From: a candidate division WOR_3 bacterium SM23_42
GTDB taxonomy: Bacteria; Hydrothermota; Tepidihabitantia; SM23-42
Length of the DNA: 64,000 bases
NCBI GenBank assembly: GCA_001303785.1
Contig: LJUJ01000002.1
Location: 3,867 to 67,866 of the forward strand
Direction: 5' to 3'
Below the pieces are notes generated by a model that had not been told where the DNA came from, did no database searches, and saw only the letters and a list, made by a program, of their open reading frames with translations. Below are positions 56,912-64,000 of the stretch, piece after piece (position 1 is the stretch's first letter; every line of letters begins with the position of its first letter). Both the position numbers and the translations under genes were made by a program.

Positions 56912-58141
56912 ATGGCTTGCATAGGTGATACCAAGAGGCACGAATTCCTGAGAGATAAGCCGATCAAGCAAAACAGGGAAAGAAAACTGAAAATTCTACG
57001 TGAGTGTATAAAACGATATTGGATGTATTTGCCAAATATTATCTTCCAAGAATTTCGGTTGGTCACTCTAATTGACTATAGATTTTCGAAAAAAAACCTT
57101 GCTTTTTACCCCTTATCAGTAAACCTTGAATTGACTGCGCGGTGTAATCTTAGATGTAAAATGTGTTGGCTTTGGGGAGAACACGGTGTAGGTTACAATC
57201 TCGCGAATGATTTTGCCAGAAATGAGATGAATCTGAATGATATCAGAAAAATAGTGAAAGACTTGAACGGCTTTAAACCTGTTATCCATTTGCAGGGGGG
57301 AGAGATACTGCTTCGGAAAGATATTACTGAAATTATGAAGTACATCGCTTCCTTGAACTTGATATTTGGGTTTACTACTAATGGTACACTGATAACTTCC
57401 CAACTTGCCAAGGAAATTGTAAAATATGCAACGGTTATATCTTTTTCCTTGGATGGTCCGGAGAAAAGACACGATAGATTACGAGGAAAAGGGAATTTTA
57501 AGAGAGCAATTAGCGGATTAGAAAAACTTCTCTCGCAAAGAGACAAATCGCCGCTTCCATTCATTAAGATAAATGTGTTGTGGCAAGAACTCGATCATTC
57601 AGAAATAAGAGAGATGGTCGAAATGGCATCTGAAATGGACGTTGATGCTTTAAAATTTGGGGACCTCCAATTCATAGAGAAAACTAGAGCCGAGATGCAC
57701 AAGAAAGTAATGAAACGGCTATTTGGGATTGACTGCGCAAGCATTGATGGATATATAGGTAATGGATGTTTCGATATTGATGAGTTATGGAATAAATTTC
57801 TGTATTTGAGAAAGATGATGGAGGACAGGCGTAACTTGAAGTGTGACATTTGGAACACTAGTTCAAAGGAAATACTAAAGAAATGGTATTGTGGACGTCC
57901 TTCTGATTCTTATAATTTCTGTTTTTTTCCATGGGTCTCCACGATAATAAGATATAATGGAGATGTCGTGCCTTGTGGAGAATATCGACATCCTGAGTAT
58001 GTTGTAGGAAATGTTAAGCGACAGAGATTTAGAGATATATGGAATAGTCATAGCATGCGTCGATTCAGACAAGTGTTAAAGAAAGTCAGATTCTTCCCGG
58101 GTTGTGACAGATGCTGTGGGCTCCATTCCTATGCGCGGTGA
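56912..58141 (+). CDS. radical SAM/SPASM-domain protein (peptide-modifying-type maturase), start uncertain
   Basis: CNLRCKMC radical-SAM motif. C-terminal SPASM-like Cys cluster PCGEY...FPGCDRCCG. Confidence 0.7.
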   Translation: MACIGDTKRHEFLRDKPIKQNRERKLKILRECIKRYWMYLPNIIFQEFRLVTLIDYRFSKKNLAFYPLSVNLELTARCNLRCKMCWLWGEHGVGYNLANDFARNEMNLNDIRKIVKDLNGFKPVIHLQGGEILLRKDITEIMKYIASLNLIFGFTTNGTLITSQLAKEIVKYATVISFSLDGPEKRHDRLRGKGNFKRAISGLEKLLSQRDKSPLPFIKINVLWQELDHSEIREMVEMASEMDVDALKFGDLQFIEKTRAEMHKKVMKRLFGIDCASIDGYIGNGCFDIDELWNKFLYLRKMMEDRRNLKCDIWNTSSKEILKKWYCGRPSDSYNFCFFPWVSTIIRYNGDVVPCGEYRHPEYVVGNVKRQRFRDIWNSHSMRRFRQVLKKVRFFPGCDRCCGLHSYAR

Positions 58142-58157
58142 ACTGATGGCCTTTGAC

Positions 58158-58215
58158 TGCAACCTGTCGTAGATCCTCCTGGGGGACTATATTCAGTTAA
58201 CTTTCACTGCAGAAT
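58158..58215 (+). repeat. conserved ~55-nt 3' element (cctgtcgtagatcctNctggg.ggactatattc.gttaac...), copy B; other copies at 10775-10830 and 60190-60245
   Basis: Three copies, each starting 15-65 nt after a stop codon, about 80% identical to one another. Confidence 0.7.
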
Positions 58216-58275
58216 AGAACGATATATAAGCATATTTTTGTGTAAGATTTGGTTTTTCATTTCTTTTGTTGACTA

Positions 58276-58303
58276 TTGACAAAGTCCTTTATCTAAATAT
58301 AAT
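58276..58303 (+). promoter_or_regulatory. sigma-70 promoter TTGACA-16-TATAAT (csp)
   Basis: ttgacaaagtcctttatctaaatataat, followed by a roughly 85-nt 5' UTR that is conserved with the 50098-50190 copy. Confidence 0.65.
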
Positions 58304-58389
58304 AATATCGAGTCATTTAGTTTGTTGATGGTTCTGCAGAATGCAATATTCTCGATCCCCTCAATAAATAAAGGCTTGAAAGGAGTAAT

Positions 58390-58593
58390 ATGGTTTACGG
58401 AAACGTAAAGTGGTTTGACAGTAGAAAAGGATTTGGCTTCATCGAGAAAGAAGATGGCAGTGGCGACATATTTGCCCACTACAACGACATTATCGGTGAA
58501 GGGTACCGTACCCTACAAGAGGGTGATCGGGTCAAGTTCGAAATTACTCAATCCCCCAAAGGGGAAAAAGCCACAAAAATAGAGCGTGTATAA
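58390..58593 (+). CDS. cspA: cold-shock protein, CspA family
   Basis: AAAGGAG RBS. RNP1 KGFGFI and RNP2-like VFAHY motifs. 67 aa. Confidence 0.9.
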   Translation: MVYGNVKWFDSRKGFGFIEKEDGSGDIFAHYNDIIGEGYRTLQEGDRVKFEITQSPKGEKATKIERV

Positions 58594-58605
58594 TCATACA
58601 CGGAA

Positions 58606-58635
58606 GGAAGCCCCCGCAAGGGGGCTTCCTTATGT
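58606..58635 (+). terminator. rho-independent terminator
   Basis: ggaagcccccGCAAgggggcttcc followed by T residues. Confidence 0.8.
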
Positions 58636-58691
58636 TAAACAACACAGCAACTCTCTTGACAGATGGACAATTGTCTGTACACTTTATTGAG

Positions 58692-60173
58692 ATGAAGATA
58701 CTACTAGTTTATCCGAAGAACCCGGATACGTTCTGGTCTTTCAAGCACGCCTTAAGATTTGTTTTTAAGAAAGCAACAAATCCGCCGCTTGGGTTGTTGA
58801 CAGTGGCAGCGATGCTACCGGAAGATTGGGAGAGGCGGATGGTCGACATGAATGTGAGTAAGCTCCGAGACCGCGATATCGAATGGTCTGATTATGTTTT
58901 TGTCAGTGCCAGCACCATCCAAAAGCAATCGGTGGCGGAGATTATTAGGCGATGTAAGGCCAAGAATGTACGAATAGTCGCGGGTGGTCCGCTATTCACG
59001 AGTTGCTACGATGAATATGACCATGTTGATCATCTTGTACTCAACGAGGCGGAGATAACTCTGCCGATGTTCTTGAGGGATGTGCGTAAAGGTAAACCGC
59101 GCCACAAGTATACGTCCTCCGAATGGGCGAATCTTAGGGAAACGCCGGTTCCGGATTGGAATTTGCTCAATATTAAAAAGTACGCATCGATGAACATTCA
59201 ATATTCACGAGGATGTCCATTTGATTGCGACTTTTGTGATATTCCGCTTTTATACGGTCATAAGCCGCGCATAAAAGAAAAGGAGCAAATCATTACCGAG
59301 CTGGAGAGTCTTTATAACCATGGTTGGCGGGGCCCAGTCTTCTTTGTGGATGATAATTTCATTGGCAACAAGCTTAGCTTGAAGAGAGATATGCTACCGC
59401 TCATTGCTGAATGGATGGGAAGAATGAAATATCCATTTACATTCTTTACGCAAGCGTCGGTCAATCTCGCGGATGACGAAGAGTTAATGAATCTGATGGT
59501 GCAGGCTGGCTTCCATCAAGTATTTGTTGGTATTGAAACTCCCGAAGAGGAGAGTCTAGCAGAATGCGGCAAGCGGCAAAATAAAAACCGTAATCTTGTC
59601 GAGTGCGTTAAGAAAATACAGAAATTCGGCCTGCAAGTGCAAGGAGGGTTCATAGTTGGTTTTGACAACGACCCTCACACGATTTTCGAAAGGCAGATTC
59701 GTTTCATCCAGAACAGCGGCATAGTCACCGCCATGGTTGGTCTGCTTAATGCGGTACGCGGTACGAAACTCTACAAACGGTTGAAAAAGGAGAACCGGTT
59801 GTTGACTGATGCATCGGGTGACAACACCGACTGTTCGATTAACTTCATTCCCAGGATGAGCTACTCGACGCTCATGGAGGGGTATAGAAACATCGTCAGG
59901 ACTATTTACGATCCTGATCAATTCTATGCAAGGGTTAAGGGATTCCTGAAAAACTACAAGCCTGTGCATCAGAGTCTATCACGTGTTAGTTTCACCGAGG
60001 TGAAGGCGTTCATCATGTCCATTTTCGTTTTAGGTATAAAGGAAAAAGAACGATTTCATTACTGGCGGCTGTTTTTATGGAGCGTTTTCAATCGTCCACG
60101 CCTCGCACCCCTTGCCGTAACTTTTGCAATCTACGGCTTTCATTTCAGAAAAGTCTTCGAGCGAATGGCATAA
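58692..60173 (+). CDS. B12-binding-domain radical SAM protein (class B-type)
   Basis: N-terminal cobalamin-binding Rossmann-like block (KILLVYP...PLGLLTVAAML). Radical-SAM motif CPFDCDFC. I moved the start to 58692 because the ORF opened inside the csp terminator. Confidence 0.75.
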   Translation: MKILLVYPKNPDTFWSFKHALRFVFKKATNPPLGLLTVAAMLPEDWERRMVDMNVSKLRDRDIEWSDYVFVSASTIQKQSVAEIIRRCKAKNVRIVAGGPLFTSCYDEYDHVDHLVLNEAEITLPMFLRDVRKGKPRHKYTSSEWANLRETPVPDWNLLNIKKYASMNIQYSRGCPFDCDFCDIPLLYGHKPRIKEKEQIITELESLYNHGWRGPVFFVDDNFIGNKLSLKRDMLPLIAEWMGRMKYPFTFFTQASVNLADDEELMNLMVQAGFHQVFVGIETPEEESLAECGKRQNKNRNLVECVKKIQKFGLQVQGGFIVGFDNDPHTIFERQIRFIQNSGIVTAMVGLLNAVRGTKLYKRLKKENRLLTDASGDNTDCSINFIPRMSYSTLMEGYRNIVRTIYDPDQFYARVKGFLKNYKPVHQSLSRVSFTEVKAFIMSIFVLGIKEKERFHYWRLFLWSVFNRPRLAPLAVTFAIYGFHFRKVFERMA

Positions 60174-60851
60174 GTTTGCTCTGACTCCAGCCTGTCGTAG
60201 ATCCTACTGGGAGGACTATATTCTGTTAACTTACACTACAGAATCCAGCGATATTTAGACGTATTTTTGCATAAAACGTAATTTTTCATTTCCCTTTTTA
60301 ACTCCCAGGTTGTTCGTTGTGTTTCATTTTCTTATATATTACATATATGTAGTCAACAAAGCATAGCCCCTCCTCTTACCTTCACAGGACCGACGACAGG
60401 TTGGATTTGTTATATGATCAGTTGATTCTCTAGAATTTCAGTTCCGCAAAGCAGCCGGGTGTCGGTAGGATACTGCCGTCCACGACAGCCCCCAACAGGT
60501 AACGCAGGCGGGGCATAGTCAGGTACAGGTCCTTTTCCCATAATATTCTCTATCCGTGATTTGTTGATAGCGGCAGTAAAGGAATCATCAAACCATTCAG
60601 CAAAACGTTCGACTGCCACGTGAGCATCCGGATCGTCTTTCCATTCACCCAGTCGATCCAGGATTTGCGGCATGAGAGTGTCTGCTCGCAACAGATCGCG
60701 ATCATCCGATATGCTTTCGGAGACTTACGACATGCTGAGATCATCAACGAGTCGCAGCGGTGTTGTATTGACTTATGTTGATAATATAGGATAATGAGAT
60801 GGATACAACAACCTGCAAAACTAGAGGAATAGAGACACAGGAGGTAAAATC

Positions 60852-61295
60852 ATGGGAAGCAAAAAAATCGGTATTATCATCTGCCAGCGTTATGGAACCT
60901 GTGCTGGTGGAAAATGTTTCAGGGCATTGCGTAATAGAGAAGGTGCATTTGATATATATAAATCACAAGATGTAGAAGTCGTAGGGTACACGACTTGCGA
61001 TGGTTGCCCTGGTGGAAATATCGAGTATGCGCCTGAAGAAATGAAGAAGAACGGCGCATCGGTTGTTCACTTTGCCACCGGCATGGTCGTGGGTTATCCA
61101 CCGTGCCCGTACATTTCTCACTTCCGAGATTTTATCAAGGAAAGATACGACATGGAAGTTGTAGTGGGTACGCATCCGATTCCCCAAAAATACTATGTCG
61201 TACATTCCACATTGGGGACATGGAATACTCCACAGTGGCAACAATTAATAAGACCCAGTTTAGCAGACGAGAAGATTCGTTTGGCCTACGATTAA
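60852..61295 (+). CDS. CGGC-domain protein
   Basis: CAGGAGG RBS. Motif TTCDGCPGG plus a conserved Cys pattern. Confidence 0.65.
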   Translation: MGSKKIGIIICQRYGTCAGGKCFRALRNREGAFDIYKSQDVEVVGYTTCDGCPGGNIEYAPEEMKKNGASVVHFATGMVVGYPPCPYISHFRDFIKERYDMEVVVGTHPIPQKYYVVHSTLGTWNTPQWQQLIRPSLADEKIRLAYD

Positions 61296-61335
61296 CAATT
61301 GAGCGGTAGGACGTTTAAGTAAAGGAGGATAGTGT

Positions 61336-62450
61336 ATGAATGAAGATTGGCGGGCCTCCAAAAGGGTGCAGCAGATAAAAAAATCCGCAATTCACGAGAT
61401 GACTAGGTTGTCCAAGAGTATTGAGGATGTTGCATTTCTATCTTGGGCAAAGCCCACGTCGAATACGCCGGACCACATTAAAAAGGCAGCTGTTAAGGCG
61501 ATCGAACAAGAATTAGTTGGCGGGTACTCAGCGACGAACGGAATACCAGAACTGAGGGAGGAAGTCAGCAAGAAACTCAAGAGAGACAATAAGATCGAGG
61601 CCAAGGCATCGGAAATCATAATCACGGTAGGCGCGATTGAAGGCTTAGCAGCGGCGCTCATGAGTGTTGTCGACCCCGGAGAGGAGGTAATCTTGCCATC
61701 GCCTACATATTCTACTCACATTCGACAAGTTCTTATTGCCTCGGGTAAACCAGTTTTCGTGCCGACAATTGAAGAGCAGGGTTTCTCCCTCGACGTTGAT
61801 AGAATTAGAAAGGCGATTACAAATAAAACGCACAGCTTCGGCGACTGGCTGACGTGGCCCTTGAGTACAATATTATGATCATAACTGATGAAGCATATGA
61901 ATATTTTGTTTATGATGGCAACACGCATTTTAGCATTGCATCAATTGTAGAGATGAAAAAGAACGTGATAAGTTGTTTCACCTTTACAAAAACTTACGCC
62001 ATGACCGGTTGGCGGATTGGATACTTGCATGCGGATGAGAGTCTAGTCCCGCAGATTGAGAAATCACATATCCCTTTTGCGATCTGCGCACCCGTAGTAT
62101 CGCAGTATGCTGCACTTGCTGCGCTTAAGGGTTCGCAGGAATGCGTTAAGAAATTCCGCAAGCACTACTTATCTACAAGGAATTTAATGTGCGAGCGTTT
62201 GGATCGACTGCATACATATTTTGCGTATCATAAACCCCAGGGTTCTTATCTGATGTTTCCCAAAATACTGACTGCCGAGGGTAGTGATTCGGCGAAATTT
62301 TGCATAGATCTTTTGCAGGATGCAAAAGTTTCAACAACTCCAGGTGTTGCCTTTGGTCCAACCGGTGAAGGACATCTAAGGCTATCCTTTTGTGTACCTC
62401 ACGATATGGTCAATAAGGCTTTTGATAGAATAGAAAGATATTTGAAATAG
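61336..62450 (+). pseudogene. class I/II aminotransferase (aspartate aminotransferase-like) split by an internal deletion/frameshift near 61830
   Basis: ORFs 61336..61878 and 61854..62450 are in different frames. The join lacks the expected ~18-aa NSPxNPTG segment. The PLP-Lys region (FTKTYAMTGWRIGY) is intact. Confidence 0.6.
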
Positions 62451-62477
62451 ATCGCTAGCATTTGTGCATTTTTACCC

Positions 62478-62505
62478 TTGACAAATTGGAAATTTTCATT
62501 ATAAT
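62478..62505 (+). promoter_or_regulatory. sigma-70 promoter TTGACA-16-TATAAT with adjacent Fur-box-like palindrome
   Basis: ttgacaaattggaaattttcattataat, then the inverted repeat AATGG-AAA-CCATT. Confidence 0.55.
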
Positions 62506-62540
62506 GATAATGGAAACCATTTTCAATAGCAATGGAGTGA

Positions 62541-63020
62541 ATGAAAATGCCAAGAAGAGATCATATGGGACCCCCATGGTGGCACGGTAGATTCCGGGGA
62601 CATGGCTACAGGATCACGGTAGCACGAGAAGCAATCCTGGATGTGTTGAGCCAAACAGAGGAACATCTGAGTGCTGAGGACGTATATCTCACCGTCCATA
62701 AGAGCTATCCAAATGTTGGGCTGACAACGGTTTATCGAACCCTGGAACTGCTCGTTCACATTGGGCTCGTCTTCAAGTTTGATTTTGGCGATGGTAGAGC
62801 AAGGTACGAGCTATCTGAAGGACCCAAGGGTACTAGGCACCATCATCATCTCGTTTGCACTAACTGCGGTCGCGTGATTGATTATACGGATTTCATTGAC
62901 GACGAGATCGAATTGCTCGGTCGGGCTGAGAAGGGTCTTTCTGACAAATTCAATTTCAGGATCACAAATCATCTTATTCAGTTTTATGGATTGTGTGATC
63001 GCTGCCAGAAGAAAACATGA
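62541..63020 (+). CDS. Fur-family metalloregulator with N-terminal MPRRDHMGP extension
   Basis: Fur blocks GYRITVAREAILDVL, HHHHLVCTNCG, CDRC. An alternative start at ATG 62547 gives MPRRD... Confidence 0.7.
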   Translation: MKMPRRDHMGPPWWHGRFRGHGYRITVAREAILDVLSQTEEHLSAEDVYLTVHKSYPNVGLTTVYRTLELLVHIGLVFKFDFGDGRARYELSEGPKGTRHHHHLVCTNCGRVIDYTDFIDDEIELLGRAEKGLSDKFNFRITNHLIQFYGLCDRCQKKT

Positions 63021-63083
63021 TCATGATTTTTTTATTCTTATATGAAAATGGTTATCATTTACAATAATAAGGAGGTGATTTAA

Positions 63084-63473
63084 ATGCCAGGTGGAGATAG
63101 AACAGGACCTCTTGGAGCTGGACCCATGACTGGACGAGGTGCCGGCTATTGTGCTGGTTATCCAGTGCCAGGATATGCTAATCCGTTTGCGGGTCGAGGC
63201 TGGTTTGGTCGTGGCCGTGGTTTTGGTCGCGGTCGTGGTTGGTTTGGTCGTGGCTGGCGACATTGGTACGGACCGGGTTGGGTTCCATATGGGTATGGTG
63301 ACCCGTATTACGGTGCTTATGCTTATCCAACACACCCCTATGCGCCGGAACTAACGCCGGTTGAGGAAATGAATATGCTTAAGGAAGAATCCAAGGTCTT
63401 GCAGAATCAATTAAAGGAAATACAGGAACGCATCGGGACTTTGGAAAAAGCTCAAGCACAAGAGAAAAAATAG
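63084..63473 (+). CDS. DUF5320-like Gly/Arg/Tyr-rich protein with C-terminal coiled coil
   Basis: AAGGAGG RBS. N-terminal MPGGDRTGPLGAGPMTGRGAGYCAGY, low-complexity GRG repeats, and a C-terminal heptad region. Confidence 0.55.
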   Translation: MPGGDRTGPLGAGPMTGRGAGYCAGYPVPGYANPFAGRGWFGRGRGFGRGRGWFGRGWRHWYGPGWVPYGYGDPYYGAYAYPTHPYAPELTPVEEMNMLKEESKVLQNQLKEIQERIGTLEKAQAQEKK

Positions 63474-63552
63474 AAAAGTGAATGGGAGCAGGTGCGCGTT
63501 TATACTGCTCCCGTTCCCGGATTTTGGTTGAATGCAAGAAGGAGGAATGCCC

Positions 63553-63951
63553 ATGCGCGTAGCAATATCAACAGACGGTGATTTGGTGTCGCCTCATTTT
63601 GGACGATGTCCGACTTTTACCATTGTCGATATTGAGAACGGTGAAATCGTAAGACAAGAAACGCTGGAGAACCCGGGTCATCAACCCGGCTTCATACCAC
63701 AATTTTTGCACCAGAAGGGCGTTGAATGCATTGTATGCGGTGGTATGGGAAGACGGGCTACAGGATTTTTCAGTGAATACGGAATACAGACGATCTTAGG
63801 TGTTGCGGGAAGAGTAGACGAGGTGCTGGAGAAAATCCAGAAGGGTACACTGGAAGGCGGAGAGAGTCTTTGCAAACCAGGTTCAGGAAAAGGCTACGGA
63901 TTAGACAAGACCGAATGTGATCATCCTGAGGGACATGAAGGTAAGCATTAA
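63553..63951 (+). CDS. NifX/NifB-like (dinitrogenase FeMo-cofactor family, PF02579-type) small protein
   Basis: GAAGGAGG RBS. Blocks MRVAISTDG..VSPHFGRCPTFTIVD and CIVCGGMGRRA. Confidence 0.7.
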   Translation: MRVAISTDGDLVSPHFGRCPTFTIVDIENGEIVRQETLENPGHQPGFIPQFLHQKGVECIVCGGMGRRATGFFSEYGIQTILGVAGRVDEVLEKIQKGTLEGGESLCKPGSGKGYGLDKTECDHPEGHEGKH

Positions 63952-63964
63952 GGAGAAGACCAAA

Positions 63965-64000
63965 ATGAAGATATGCATAACATCACAAGGGAATAATTTA
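63965..64000 (+). CDS. 3'-truncated CDS (MKICITSQG..., possibly a second NifX-like protein)
   Basis: AAGGAGAAG RBS. Only 12 codons lie inside the window. Confidence 0.3.
   Translation, partial: MKICITSQGNNL

Noticed and set aside
56674-57066. 130-aa minus-strand ORF spanning the CPBP/rSAM intergenic gap
   Set aside because: Low-complexity translation with no RBS. It overlaps the 5' end of the radical SAM gene and is probably spurious, though the gap itself remains unexplained.
60410-60747. Two overlapping minus-strand ORFs (60410..60691, 60550..60747) in different frames
   Set aside because: There is no recognisable domain, no RBS, and the frames are inconsistent. This may be a frameshifted gene remnant, but I cannot support a call.

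Overview
This 64-kb window looks like part of an anaerobic, uncultivated Gram-negative bacterium, probably of the FCB (Fibrobacteres-Chlorobi-Bacteroidetes) type. It carries about 60 genes, mostly on the + strand, including many secreted or surface proteins with T9SS C-terminal sorting domains (SBBP, BNR/Asp-box, FG-GAP, C25 peptidase) and many lipoproteins. The main find is an hgcA-hgcB mercury-methylation gene pair at 27270-28517 on the - strand. Directly upstream of it sit a Cys-rich GcvH-like gene driven by a perfect sigma-54 promoter (TGGCAC-N5-TTGCA), an NtrC-family response regulator with a divergent PAS histidine kinase, and an archaemetzincin. Other content: a PerR-catalase pair; a Fur-DUF5320-NifX-like cluster; a CPBP protease / radical-SAM-SPASM / csp / B12-radical-SAM cluster; two cold-shock loci, one degraded; several proteases (S41 x2, C25, S9, M54, CPBP x2); and three ICMT-family membrane methyltransferases. 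Intergenic DNA is unusual: it is built from a small set of 8-nt-periodic degenerate repeat modules (GTCATT, CAG, GTAGTA, GAGCTCCGAGCTC, CCGAA, CGTATTGCGTC types) that recur in mosaic combinations throughout the window, often just 3' of stop codons and 5' of consensus sigma-70 promoters. Pseudogenes or decay: a BNR-repeat paralog with an in-frame TGA, an aminotransferase with an internal deletion or frameshift, and a csp copy missing its RNP1 motif.
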